Below, in pieces: positions 33,386 to 42,971 of a stretch of DNA of 64,000 bases (the first letter of the stretch is position 1; every line of letters begins with the position of its first letter). The notes under the pieces were generated by a model that was given only the letters and a program-made list of their open reading frames with translations, was not told the DNA's origin and did not search any database. Source of the stretch: Gammaproteobacteria bacterium (GTDB lineage: Bacteria; Pseudomonadota; Gammaproteobacteria; SURF-13). The DNA is taken from contig JBCKVB010000003.1 of assembly GCA_038924245.1 (NCBI GenBank), positions 358-64,357 of the forward strand. The letters are read 5' to 3'. Made by a program: the position numbers and the translations under genes.

Positions 33386-35158
33386 ATGAAATCCCACCTG
33401 CGCGACCTGCTGCATCAGGCACTGCAAAGTTTGCACACGCAAGGCGTGCTGCCGGATGCGGTGTATGAGATCGGCGTGGAGCGCGCGCAGGAGGCGCAGC
33501 ACGGCGACTACGCGAGCAATATCGCCTTGACCCTGGCCAAGGCCGCGCGCCGCAAGCCGCGCGAGCTGGCCGAATTGATCGTGGCGCGGCTCCCGGCCTC
33601 GGCGCGTATCGCCAGGGTGGACATCGCGGGGCCGGGCTTCATCAATTTTTTCGTGAGTCCCACGGCGTTGCAATCGGTGGTGAGCGATATTTCGCAGGTC
33701 GGAGAACGTTACGGAACCAGCCGGCTCGGCGCGAACCAGAAAGTGCAGGTGGAGTTCGTCTCGGCCAATCCCAACGGTCCGCTGCACGTCGGTCACGGGC
33801 GCGGCGCGGCCATCGGCAGCACGCTCGCCAATCTGTTGCAGGCGGTGGGCTACCAGGTGCAGCGCGAATACTACGTCAACGACGCCGGGCGGCAGATGGA
33901 CATTCTCGCGCTGAGCGTGTGGCTGCGCTACCTGGAGCAGTGCGGCGAGCGCGTGACCTTTCCCGTCAACGGTTATAAAGGCGATTATGTGCGCCACATC
34001 GCACGCGCGTTGCGGGAACGGCACGGCGCGGCTCTGCGCCATGACGCGCCACAGGTGTGGCGTGATGTGCCGCCGGATGAAGGCGCCGAAAACGGCGCCG
34101 GGAACGGCGACAAGGAATTGCACGTGGATGCGCTGATCGCGCGCGCCAAGAGCCTGCTCGGCGCGGACGGCTATCGCACGCTGTTTGAGGCGGGACTCAA
34201 CGCCATGCTGGCCGACATCCGCGACGATCTGGAACAGTTCGGCGTGCATTACGACAACTGGTTTTCCGAGCGTTCGCTCACCACCGGCGGCGTGGTGGAG
34301 CAGAGCATCGCGCGCCTGAAGCAGGGCGGCGATCTGTACCGGCAGGACGGCGCGTGGTGGTTCCGCTCCAGCCGCTACGGTGATGAAAAAGACCGCGTGG
34401 TGGTGCGCGACAACGGCGACCAGACCTATTTCGCCTCCGACATCGCCTATCACCTGGGCAAGTTCGAGCGCGGCTTTGCGCGCGTCATCAATGTGTGGGG
34501 CTCGGATCACCACGGCTACATTCCGCGCGTCAAGGCGGCGCTGCAGGCGCTGGGTTGCGACCCAGACAGGCTGGACGTGGTGCTGGTGCAGTTCGTGATC
34601 TTGTTCCGCAACGGCGTGCGCGCGCAGATGTCCACGCGCGCGGGCGAATTCGTCACCCTGCGCGAGCTGCGTAACGAGGTGGGCAACGACGCGGCGCGTT
34701 TTTTCTACGTGATGCGCAAGAGCGACCAGCACCTCGATTTCGATCTGGAACTGGCCAAGTCGAGCAGCAACGAGAATCCGGTGTACTATGTGCAATACGC
34801 GCACGCGCGCATCTGCAGCGTGTTGCGCCAGGGCGAACAAAAGGGTTACGTGTGGGACGGCGCCGAGGGCCTCGCGCAGCTGCATTTACTGGTGGAAGGG
34901 CATGAACAGAAGCTCATGAGCACTTTGTCGCATTACGGAGCGGCGGTGGAACGCGCCGCGCTGAGTTACGAGCCGCACCAGATCGTTTACTATCTCAAGG
35001 AGCTGGCGGCCGACCTGCACGCTTATTACAACGCGCTGCCGTTTCTGGTCGAAGACGCCGCTTTGCGCAACGCGCGCCTCACCCTGCTCGCCGCGACGCG
35101 CCAGGTGCTGAGAAACGCGCTCGCGCTGCTTGGCGTGAGCGCGCCGGAGAGCATGTGA
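33386..35158 (+). CDS. argS: arginine--tRNA ligase
   Basis: [13 protein letters not shown]…, class I HIGH-type motif ([13 protein letters not shown]) and a C-terminal anticodon-binding domain. The ORF-track start at 33365 lies within the hairpin repeat, so I prefer ATG 33386. Confidence 0.95.
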   Translation: MKSHLRDLLHQALQSLHTQGVLPDAVYEIGVERAQEAQHGDYASNIALTLAKAARRKPRELAELIVARLPASARIARVDIAGPGFINFFVSPTALQSVVSDISQVGERYGTSRLGANQKVQVEFVSANPNGPLHVGHGRGAAIGSTLANLLQAVGYQVQREYYVNDAGRQMDILALSVWLRYLEQCGERVTFPVNGYKGDYVRHIARALRERHGAALRHDAPQVWRDVPPDEGAENGAGNGDKELHVDALIARAKSLLGADGYRTLFEAGLNAMLADIRDDLEQFGVHYDNWFSERSLTTGGVVEQSIARLKQGGDLYRQDGAWWFRSSRYGDEKDRVVVRDNGDQTYFASDIAYHLGKFERGFARVINVWGSDHHGYIPRVKAALQALGCDPDRLDVVLVQFVILFRNGVRAQMSTRAGEFVTLRELRNEVGNDAARFFYVMRKSDQHLDFDLELAKSSSNENPVYYVQYAHARICSVLRQGEQKGYVWDGAEGLAQLHLLVEGHEQKLMSTLSHYGAAVERAALSYEPHQIVYYLKELAADLHAYYNALPFLVEDAALRNARLTLLAATRQVLRNALALLGVSAPESM

Positions 35159-35682
35159 TGGCCGCGCGCGCGCAGGCCAAGCCGGGCTGGTGGTTTTTGG
35201 CCGGGCTGGCGCTCGGCCTGCTGGTGGCGTTATGGGTGTATCTCAAGGGGCCGCGTGCCGCGCCGGATGTGAGCCGCGCCGAGCGCGCCGCGGCGCAGGA
35301 ACAGGGCGCTGATAAAAAAACCGCTGAGTCGGCCACCACCACCAAGCCGCGCTTCACTTTCTACACCATCCTGCAGGAGCTGGAAGTGGCGCTGCCCGAT
35401 CAGGAGACCGGAGCGAAGCCCCAGTCCAGCGCGGCGGGCAAGCCCGATGCCTATATCCTGCAGGCGGGCTCGTTCAAGAGTTTTGAGGAGGCCGACCGGC
35501 TCAAGGCGAGCCTGAACCTGATCGGCGTCGAGGCGGGGATACAAACCGTGACGGTGAACAATAAGGACACCTGGCACCGGGTGCAGATCGGCCCGTACCG
35601 GGACCTGGCCGAACTCAACGCGGTGCGCGCGCGCCTGAAACAAAACAATATTGATGCGGTGTTGTTGAAGCTGAAGAGTTGA
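35155..35682 (+). CDS. SPOR-domain (peptidoglycan-binding) membrane protein, FtsN/DedD-like
   Basis: 175 aa with an N-terminal TM ([19 protein letters not shown]), a low-complexity linker and a C-terminal SPOR fold ([21 protein letters not shown]…WHRVQIGPY). Confidence 0.85.
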   Translation: MMAARAQAKPGWWFLAGLALGLLVALWVYLKGPRAAPDVSRAERAAAQEQGADKKTAESATTTKPRFTFYTILQELEVALPDQETGAKPQSSAAGKPDAYILQAGSFKSFEEADRLKASLNLIGVEAGIQTVTVNNKDTWHRVQIGPYRDLAELNAVRARLKQNNIDAVLLKLKS

Positions 35683-35689
35683 CGTCCGT

Positions 35690-36631
35690 TCAGGACGTGA
35701 GCGTTTCCGCCGTGCGCCGGCGCTCCAGCAGGATGCGTTTGAATGCTTCGGGGTCTTTGGTGTGGGTGATTTCGCCCCGGCGCGGGAAGTGCAGATCATG
35801 CAGGCGCGAGAGCCAGAAACGCAGCGCGGCGGCGCGCAGCATCACCGGCCAGGCCGCGTGTTCCGCCGCGTCGAACGGACGTTCGCGCGCGTAGGCGTCA
35901 AGCAGCCGGCGCTTGCGGTGCTCGTCCAGCGCGCCGCGCGCGTCGCCGCACCAGTCGTTCACCGTGACCGCCACGTCGTAGAGAAAGGCGTCGTTGCAGG
36001 CGTAATAAAAATCTATGATCCCGGTCAGCTCGCTGTCCACGAACAGCGCGTTGTCGCGGAACAGGTCGGCGTGGATCACCCCTTGCGGCAGTCCCGTCCA
36101 CGGGTTTTGTTTTTGATAGTTCAACTCTTCCCGCAGCAGCGCGGCATCCCCAGGATTTAACTTCGGCAAAACCTTGCGCGCGGTGGCCTTGCGCCAGGCC
36201 GCGCCGCGGTCGTTGTCGCGCCGCCCGCTGAAGGAGATGCCCACCCGGTGCAGGCGCCCCAGTGCTTTGCCCAACGCGGCGCAGTGCGCGGCGCCGGGTT
36301 CGCGCACGTCGCTCCCCTTAAGGCGGCGCACCAGCGCCGCGGGCTTGCCGCACAGCGTCGTCAAATAACGCCCCTGCCTGTCGGCGAGCGGGTGCGCGCT
36401 CGGCACGCCGTGCTCGGCCAGAAACGCCATCAGGTCGAGGAAATAGGGCAGGTGCTGGTAAGGCGTGGACTCAAACAGGGTGAGTACGAATTCACCCTCG
36501 CTGGTGGTGACGAAATAATTGGTGTTTTCGATACCGGCGCTCACGCCGGAATAAGTCACCAACTCGCCCAGCGCATAGCTGAGCAAAAATTCCCTGAGTT
36601 GCGGCGGCTCGACGCGGGTGTAGACGGACAT
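35690..36631 (-). CDS. thrB: homoserine kinase, APH-like (Pseudomonas-type ThrB)
   Basis: 313 aa. MSVYTRVEPPQLREFLLSYALGELVTYSGVSAGIENTNYFVTT… and the catalytic HADLFRDN. Confidence 0.9.
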   Translation of the reverse strand: MSVYTRVEPPQLREFLLSYALGELVTYSGVSAGIENTNYFVTTSEGEFVLTLFESTPYQHLPYFLDLMAFLAEHGVPSAHPLADRQGRYLTTLCGKPAALVRRLKGSDVREPGAAHCAALGKALGRLHRVGISFSGRRDNDRGAAWRKATARKVLPKLNPGDAALLREELNYQKQNPWTGLPQGVIHADLFRDNALFVDSELTGIIDFYYACNDAFLYDVAVTVNDWCGDARGALDEHRKRRLLDAYARERPFDAAEHAAWPVMLRAAALRFWLSRLHDLHFPRRGEITHTKDPEAFKRILLERRRTAETLTS

Positions 36632-36710
36632 GCGTGAGGACTCGTTTGAAAAACGGTTGGGCTTCGCTTTATGATTTCGCTATGCGCGGAATAAATCCGC
36701 GCTTGCGACT

Positions 36711-36738
36711 AAAGGGGAGAATCGCGCTTCTCCCCTTT
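36711..36738. terminator. perfect 11-bp stem hairpin (AAAGGGGAGAA-TCGCGC-TTCTCCCCTTT), bidirectional terminator candidate downstream of the DUF2782 gene
   Basis: The stem is flanked by A and T runs and lies 50 nt beyond the stop at 36787 on the minus strand. Confidence 0.5.
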
Positions 36739-36786
36739 GGAACCCCCATCGCGTAAGGTAGCGGTGGCCTTGCTGGGGGTATTTTA

Positions 36787-37116
36787 TTACCAGCTAAACA
36801 GCACCCACTGCGGCACCTGGCTCTTGGTGATATCGTTGGCGCGCGTCTCCAGCTCGCCGTCGCCGTCGGTGTCTATCAGATAATAGGGCAGCCCCCGGGT
36901 GGGCGTGATCTTCACCTGATACAGCCGGCCGTTGACGCGATACTCCTCCACGGTTTCCTGTTCCTTCTGGATGAGGGTGATTTCCGGCTCCAGCGTCTCA
37001 CCGCTTTGCACTTGTTCCGGGATCTCCGGCGGTTCCGGCGCGGGGGCGAGATCGGTTTCGGCGGCGTAGGCAAGTGGCGCCGCGGCGAGGGTTAACAGCA
37101 GAATATAACGTTGCAT
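36787..37116 (-). CDS. DUF2782-family secreted protein
   Basis: 109 aa with a signal peptide. EEYRVNGRLYQVKITPTRGLPYYLIDTDGDG is typical of this family, which is usually found between thrB and polA. Confidence 0.8.
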   Translation of the reverse strand: MQRYILLLTLAAAPLAYAAETDLAPAPEPPEIPEQVQSGETLEPEITLIQKEQETVEEYRVNGRLYQVKITPTRGLPYYLIDTDGDGELETRANDITKSQVPQWVLFSW

Positions 37117-37131
37117 GACAGAGTGTCCTTT

Positions 37132-37845
37132 TTATAACAGAATACGCTGATCTTCGTCAGCGGACGGCGCGCCGCCGCGGCGCTGGTAATATTCGAAGAT
37201 GGCATCCACCACCTGTTCGGCGTCGTCCAGCACCTGCATCAGTTCCAGGTCGGCGGCGTCTATGGCGCCTTCCGCTACCAGGGTGTTCCGGAACCAATCG
37301 AGCAGCCCGGTCCAATATTCAGAGTGTACCAGAATCACCGGAAAACGGCGCACCTTGCCGGTCTGTATCAGGGTGAGGATTTCCGCCAGTTCGTCCAGGG
37401 TGCCGAAGCCGCCCGGCAGCACCACGTAGGCCGAGGCGTATTTGACGAACATCACCTTGCGCGAGAAAAAGTGGCGGAAGTTGAGCGAGATGTCCTGATA
37501 GGCGTTGGCGGACTGCTCGTGCGGCAGCATGATGTTGAGCCCGACGCTGGGCGATTTGCCCGCCTGCGCGCCCTTGTTCACCGCCTCCATGATGCCGGGA
37601 CCGCCGCCGCTGATCACGGAGAAGCCGGCATCCGACAGGGTGCGCGCGATGCGTTCGGCCATCGCGTAATAGGGATGGCCGGGCGCGGTGCGCGAGGAGC
37701 CGAAGATGCTCACCGAGGGGCGGATCTCCGCCAGACGCTCGAAACCCTCGATGAACTCGGCCATGATCTGGAAGATTTTCCAGGACTCGCGCGACAGCAG
37801 CTTGTCGTCCACGCTACGGTGGGCAGTTTTGCCGGTATCATTCAT
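37132..37845 (-). CDS. LOG-family (TIGR00730) nucleotide 5'-monophosphate nucleosidase
   Basis: 237 aa with GGGPGIMEA and LPGGFGTLDELAE motifs. Confidence 0.9.
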   Translation of the reverse strand: MNDTGKTAHRSVDDKLLSRESWKIFQIMAEFIEGFERLAEIRPSVSIFGSSRTAPGHPYYAMAERIARTLSDAGFSVISGGGPGIMEAVNKGAQAGKSPSVGLNIMLPHEQSANAYQDISLNFRHFFSRKVMFVKYASAYVVLPGGFGTLDELAEILTLIQTGKVRRFPVILVHSEYWTGLLDWFRNTLVAEGAIDAADLELMQVLDDAEQVVDAIFEYYQRRGGAPSADEDQRILL

Positions 37846-37874
37846 AATGTATGACCTGTCCTTGTGAGCCTGGC

Positions 37875-40613
37875 ATGAAACCCTCTTTGTTACTGGTGGA
37901 CGGCAGTTCTTATCTGTATCGCGCCTTCCACGCGCTGCCGCCGCTCAACAATTCCCAGGGCGAGCCGACCGGCGCGGTGTACGGCGTGCTCAACATGCTG
38001 CGCAAGCTCAGCGCCGACACTCAGCCAAAATACATCGCGCTGGTGTTCGACGCCAAGGGCAAGACCTTCCGCGACGAGCTGTTCGAGCGCTACAAGGCGC
38101 AACGCCCCCCCATGCCGGATGACCTGGTGCGCCAGATCGAGCCGCTGTACGCCATTATACAAGCAATGGGTCTGCCATTAATAAGCCTCTCAGGCGTGGA
38201 GGCCGACGACGTGATCGGCACGCTCGCCATCCAGGCGGCGGCGCAGGGCATGGACACGCTCATCTCCACCGGCGACAAGGACTTCGCGCAACTGGTGAAC
38301 GGCCACATCACGCTCATCAACACCATGACCAATACGGTATTGGACCGGCAAGGCGTGATGGAAAAATTCGGCATCACGCCGGAACAGATCATCGCCTATC
38401 TCACCCTGGCGGGCGACGCGGCGGACAACGTGCCCGGCGTGCCCAAGGTGGGGCCGGTCACCGCGGTCAAGTGGCTTAACCAATACGGCACGCTGGCCAA
38501 CATCGTGGCGCACGCGCAAGAGATACCCGGCAAGGTGGGCGAGAATCTGCGCGCCGCCATCCCGCTACTGCCGCTGTACCAGCAAGTGCTCACCATCAAG
38601 TGCGACGTCGCGCTGCCGTGTACGCTGCTGGATTTGCAGCCGCGCGCGCCGGATGTCGCGGCGCTACGCCAGCTTTATCAACGCATGGAGTTCAAACGCT
38701 GGCTGGCCGATCTGGGTAAAGATATTAGCCCGGCGCAGAACAATACCCCCGCACCCTTCGCTTGCGCTCTTCCCTATAAGGGAGAGGGTAGGGGTGAGGG
38801 TGGAAAGATCGCCGGTACACAGGCACCTAACCCCCCCCCAGCGGCGCCGGTTACCTTCGAGACGCCAGGTTCCATCGAGGAACTGCAAAACTGGGCCGCG
38901 GCGCAGCGCGCTGCCACAACACTCACCCTGGCGCTGGAAACCTCTGACGCACAGGGACGTGCTAATGTCGCGGGAGGCAGGACGCCGGGAGCGACCGGCG
39001 CGGACTACATGCGCGACGAACTGACCGGGCTGGCATTGCAGACGGGAGAAGGCGCGGCGCTTTACCTTGCATTCACCGATGTCCTGCCGCGTGAGGCGGC
39101 GCTCGGTGCCTTGCGTGCGCTGTTACAGGATGCCGCCGTTGAAAAACGTGGGCACGATCTCAAGTTCGCGCTGAATGTGCTGGCGCGCTATGGCGTTGAC
39201 CTGCAAGGGCTGCGCTTTGACGTGATGCTGGAGTCCTATGTGCTGGACAGCACCGCCACGCGGCACGATCTTGCCGCGCTGTGTGAAAAATACCTGGGCG
39301 CGAAGGCGACCGACGCTTGCGCACAACGCCTTTCCGCGCTGCAACGGTTGCACGAACTGCTCTGGCCGCAGTTGCAAAAAATCGCGCCCTTAAAAAAATT
39401 ATTCACCGAGATTGAAATGCCGCTCATTCCGGTGCTGGCGCGCATCGAGCGCGCCGGAGTGGGCGTGGATGTGCGTCTTCTAAACGCGCACAGCGAACAA
39501 CTCGCCGCGCGCCTCAAGCAACTAGAAGATCAGGCGTATCAAATGGCCGGGCAGATGTTCAACTTGAGCTCGCCGCAGCAACTACAGGGCATCCTCTACG
39601 ACAAGCTCGGCTTGCCGGTGCTGAAAAAAACGCCCAAGGGCCAGCCCTCCACGGCGGAGGAGGTGTTGCGGGAACTGGCGCTCGATTATCCGCTGCCCAA
39701 GCTGATTCTGGAGCAGCGCACGCTGAGCAAGCTCAAGTCTACTTACACCGATCGCCTGCCGGAACAAGTCAACTCCGTCACTGGGCGCGTGCACACGCGC
39801 TATCATCAGGCCGTCACCGCCACCGGACGCCTGTCGTCCAGCGACCCCAATCTGCAAAACATCCCGGTGCGCGGCGAGGAGGGCAAGCGTGTGCGCGCGG
39901 CGTTCATCGCGCCCGCCGGTTATCAATTACTCTCCGCCGATTATTCGCAGATCGAACTGCGCATCATGGCGCACCTCTCCGGCGACGCGCGCCTGAAGCA
40001 CGCCTTCGCGGGCAATCAGGACATCCACAAGGCCACCGCCGCCGAGGTGTTCGGCGTCAAACTCGAACAGGTGAGCGCGGAGCAGCGGCGTGCCGCCAAG
40101 GTCATCAACTTCGGATTGATCTACGGCATGTCGGCGTTTGGCTTGGCCAAACAACTCGGCGTGCCGCGCGAGGCGGCGCAGCAGTACATGACACTGTATT
40201 TCGCGCGCTACCCCGGCGTGCAGGCGTTCATGGAACGCACGCGCGCACAGGCGCGCCAGCAAGGTTACGTGGAAACCTTATACGGCCGGCGCCTGTATCT
40301 GCCTGAGATCAACAGCCGCAACGGACAACTGCGCCAATACGCCGAGCGCACCGCCATCAACGCGCCCATGCAGGGCAGCGCCGCCGACATCATCAAGCTC
40401 GCCATGCTGCGTATTGACGCCTGGCTGCAACAAAACAAGTTCAACGCGCGCATGATCATGCAAGTGCATGACGAATTGGTGTTCGAGGTGGCGGAACAAG
40501 ACTGTGGGGCGTTGGCCGACGCGGTGCGCCGCCTGATGACCGGCATCGAAGGCCTGTCCGTCCCCTTAAGCGTGGATATCGGCATAGGCCGCAACTGGGC
40601 GGTGGCGCATTAA
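37875..40613 (+). CDS. polA: DNA polymerase I (carries two different in-frame repeat inserts; 3'-5' exonuclease motifs look degenerate)
   Basis: MKPSLLLVDGSSYLYRAFHALPPL… (5' nuclease domain). Polymerase motifs A (LLSADYSQIELRIMAH), B (RRAAKVINFGLIYG) and C (QVHDELVFE). The alternative ORF-track start is 37851. Confidence 0.95.
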   Translation: MKPSLLLVDGSSYLYRAFHALPPLNNSQGEPTGAVYGVLNMLRKLSADTQPKYIALVFDAKGKTFRDELFERYKAQRPPMPDDLVRQIEPLYAIIQAMGLPLISLSGVEADDVIGTLAIQAAAQGMDTLISTGDKDFAQLVNGHITLINTMTNTVLDRQGVMEKFGITPEQIIAYLTLAGDAADNVPGVPKVGPVTAVKWLNQYGTLANIVAHAQEIPGKVGENLRAAIPLLPLYQQVLTIKCDVALPCTLLDLQPRAPDVAALRQLYQRMEFKRWLADLGKDISPAQNNTPAPFACALPYKGEGRGEGGKIAGTQAPNPPPAAPVTFETPGSIEELQNWAAAQRAATTLTLALETSDAQGRANVAGGRTPGATGADYMRDELTGLALQTGEGAALYLAFTDVLPREAALGALRALLQDAAVEKRGHDLKFALNVLARYGVDLQGLRFDVMLESYVLDSTATRHDLAALCEKYLGAKATDACAQRLSALQRLHELLWPQLQKIAPLKKLFTEIEMPLIPVLARIERAGVGVDVRLLNAHSEQLAARLKQLEDQAYQMAGQMFNLSSPQQLQGILYDKLGLPVLKKTPKGQPSTAEEVLRELALDYPLPKLILEQRTLSKLKSTYTDRLPEQVNSVTGRVHTRYHQAVTATGRLSSSDPNLQNIPVRGEEGKRVRAAFIAPAGYQLLSADYSQIELRIMAHLSGDARLKHAFAGNQDIHKATAAEVFGVKLEQVSAEQRRAAKVINFGLIYGMSAFGLAKQLGVPREAAQQYMTLYFARYPGVQAFMERTRAQARQQGYVETLYGRRLYLPEINSRNGQLRQYAERTAINAPMQGSAADIIKLAMLRIDAWLQQNKFNARMIMQVHDELVFEVAEQDCGALADAVRRLMTGIEGLSVPLSVDIGIGRNWAVAH
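38767..38803 (+). repeat. G-rich REP-type element (CTCTTCCCTATAAGGGAGAGGGTAGGGGTGAGGGTGG) inside the polA interdomain linker
   Basis: Hairpin followed by a GGGT-rich tail. Translated in frame as …LPYKGEGRGEGG…. A similar hairpin-plus-GGGTTCGGGGT element lies in the gltB-gltD spacer (14470-14510). Confidence 0.7.
38946..38996 (+). repeat. 51-bp copy of the modular repeat inside the polA exonuclease domain (translated DAQGRANVAGGRTPGAT)
   Basis: GACGCACAGGGACGTGCTAATGTCGCGGGAGGCAGGACGCCGGGAGCGACC. Same orientation and reading frame as the priA copy. Confidence 0.9.
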
Positions 40614-40699
40614 TGGATATAATTGTTATTATTCAGTAAGTTAGTAAAAAGAATCGGGGCCGTTGAACTTTTACATCAGGCGCCAGGTCTTAACCTGTA

Positions 40700-40816
40700 G
40701 AGCACACCTCGTGTGCTCCCCGTTCTCTCCCTGAACGGGTACGTTTATCCGGCATCCCCAAGTCGGGTAAATCCTTTGGCCCGGTTCTTTCCCCCTTAGA
40801 GCCGGGCTCTTTTTTA
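40700..40816 (+). ncRNA. candidate small structured RNA or polA 3'UTR ending in an intrinsic terminator
   Basis: Hairpins GAGCACAC-CTC-GTGTGCTC (40700-40718) and CCCGTT…AACGGG (40719-40739), then AGAGCCGGGCTCT followed by a T-run (40798-40816). No recognisable family and no promoter identified. Confidence 0.2.
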
Positions 40817-40969
40817 TGTTCCTTAGAGCCGGAGAGCCGGGATTTATTTATGTTCCTTATGCCAGCCTTGCCGAGCAAGGGTGCTACAATCCGGCACCTG
40901 AATGAGTAACCTGACGACATCCCCATTCGTGCAGCCATGTTTCCTGGTTTAATGTCCGCCTAGCCCGCC

Positions 40970-42937
40970 GTGAATACCGCCACCCCATCCGCGCACAGCA
41001 GAGCCAGAATCTGGCTGGAGTTTTTCGGCTCCATGACCCTCGCCATCACGCTGCTGTCGGCGCTCGCCATCAGTTCCGTGGTGGGCACGGTGTTGCGTCA
41101 GAACGTGCCGTATGAGGATTACATCATCAAATTCGGGCCGTTCTGGTTCGAGGTGTACAAGTCGCTGGGGCTGTACAATGTGTACAGCGCGGGGTGGTTC
41201 TTGTTCGTGCTGGGTTTTTTACTGCTGTCCACCAGCCTGTGCGTGTTCCGCAATACGCCCGGCTTCGTGCGCGATATGCGCGATTTCCGCTTGCAGCACA
41301 GCACGCGCTCGCTACGCGCCTTCGCGCAGCACGCCGAGTGGACGGTCACCCTGGGCGCGGAGGCGCTCACCGCGCCGCTTAAAAACTATCTGCACGCGCG
41401 CGGTTTCCGCGTGCGGGTGAAGCCGCAAGGCGCGGGGCTGTTGCTGGCGGGCATGAAGGGCAACGCCAACCGCGTGGGCTACATCCTCACCCACGTCGCG
41501 GTGGTGGTGATCTGCATCGGGGCCCTGCTGGACGGCAATCTGCCGCTCAAGCTCAAGGAGTGGCGAGGCGAGGTGGACCTGGAAACCAAGCCCGGTATTC
41601 TGATCTCACAGGTGCCCAAGGAAAGCCGCCTGCCGATGGACACTCCCTCTTACCGCGGGGGCGTCGTCATACCGGAAGGCGCAAGCACGCGCGAACTCGT
41701 GCTGCAGATGCGTGATGGTTATTTCATCCAGGAGTTGCCGTTTGAAATCCGCGTCAAGGATTTTCGCGTCGAGTTTTACGACAACGGCCTGCCCAAATCC
41801 TTTGAAAGCGATATCGTGCTCACGGACCCGGAGCTGGAGCAGCCGCTGGAGCAGACCATCTCGGTGAATCACCCCCTGGTTTATAAAGGCTTTACCATTT
41901 ATCAGTCGGACTTCCGCGACGGCGGCTCCCGGCTCGACTTGCGCGCCTGGCCGCTGCGCGGAAACAGCGGCGAGGCGCTCAGCGTGCAGGGCATGGTCGG
42001 GAATAATCACAGGCTGGATGGGCCGGACGGTTCGCTCACCCTGGAGCTGACCGATTTCCGCTTGCACAACGTGAGGTCCGCATTGCCGGGTTCCGGGAAA
42101 AAATTCGTGGACATTGGTCCGAGTTTTACTTTTAAACTGCGCAATGAAAAGGGCGAGGCGCTGGAGTTTGAAAATTACATGCTGCCGTTCGACCAAGACG
42201 GGCGCGGATTTTTCCTGAGCGGCGTGCGCAGCGATGAGAATGCCGAGTTCAGTCCGTCTCGCATCCCGGCGGACGCGCAAAGCGGCGTTGCCGGGTTTAT
42301 GCGTTTTCATGCCGCGTTGCGCGACCCCGCGCAACGCGGCAAGGCCGCGCAGCGCGCGGCAAGCGAAGGCCCGCCCGGCACGCGCGCCCTGGCCGGGACC
42401 GCGGGCGAATTGCTGGAGCGCTTCGCCGCGGGCGGTTTTGCCGCGACGCAGGAATACATAGTCTCGCAGCTCGCCTCCGCGGAGGGCGCGCGCCGTGAGC
42501 AACTGGCGCGCGCCTATGTCGCTTTGCTGCAAAACAGTTTACACGCCTTATATGTGAATCTTGACCTCCCACGGGCGACGGATGCCGCCAGGCAGCAGCA
42601 ACTCTTCGAGGACGCGGTGAACACCCTGGGCGCGCTGCCTGAATACGCTGCGCCGTTTTATTTCGAGCTGGTCGACTTTAACCAGGTGCAGGCAGCGGGC
42701 CTGCAAATCGCCCGCACGCCGGGCAAGGGTATGGTGTATCTTGGTTTCGGCATGATCGTGATCGGCGTGTTCGTGATGTTTTACCTGCCGCATCGCCGCG
42801 TGTGGCTGGCGCTGAGCGAAGAGGGCGGCCGGACGCAGGTGCTGCTGGCGGGTGCGACCAATCGTGATCAGCTGGGTTTTGCCAGAGAATTCGAGGGATT
42901 GCGGGACGGCTTGAAAGAGCGCCTGCAGCGTCTATAA
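40970..42937 (+). CDS. resB: cytochrome c biogenesis protein ResB/Ccs1 (system II)
   Basis: 655 aa. N-terminal TM pattern with LEFFGSMTLAITLL, a large periplasmic domain and a C-terminal TM. Followed by ccsA. Confidence 0.9.
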   Translation: MNTATPSAHSRARIWLEFFGSMTLAITLLSALAISSVVGTVLRQNVPYEDYIIKFGPFWFEVYKSLGLYNVYSAGWFLFVLGFLLLSTSLCVFRNTPGFVRDMRDFRLQHSTRSLRAFAQHAEWTVTLGAEALTAPLKNYLHARGFRVRVKPQGAGLLLAGMKGNANRVGYILTHVAVVVICIGALLDGNLPLKLKEWRGEVDLETKPGILISQVPKESRLPMDTPSYRGGVVIPEGASTRELVLQMRDGYFIQELPFEIRVKDFRVEFYDNGLPKSFESDIVLTDPELEQPLEQTISVNHPLVYKGFTIYQSDFRDGGSRLDLRAWPLRGNSGEALSVQGMVGNNHRLDGPDGSLTLELTDFRLHNVRSALPGSGKKFVDIGPSFTFKLRNEKGEALEFENYMLPFDQDGRGFFLSGVRSDENAEFSPSRIPADAQSGVAGFMRFHAALRDPAQRGKAAQRAASEGPPGTRALAGTAGELLERFAAGGFAATQEYIVSQLASAEGARREQLARAYVALLQNSLHALYVNLDLPRATDAARQQQLFEDAVNTLGALPEYAAPFYFELVDFNQVQAAGLQIARTPGKGMVYLGFGMIVIGVFVMFYLPHRRVWLALSEEGGRTQVLLAGATNRDQLGFAREFEGLRDGLKERLQRL

Positions 42938-42971
42938 TGTACCAAATGTACCAGCAGATAGGAGATTGTTT

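Noticed and set aside
33146-34885. 579-aa ORF on the minus strand
   Set aside because: It is antisense to argS and the priA 3' end. This is a GC-driven shadow frame, and its N-terminal part runs through the polypurine hairpin repeat.
40690-40938. 82-aa ORF on the minus strand between polA and resB
   Set aside because: It has an implausible composition (S/G/R/K-rich, no hydrophobic core) and no SD, and it overlaps hairpin and terminator repeats. The region is treated as non-coding.
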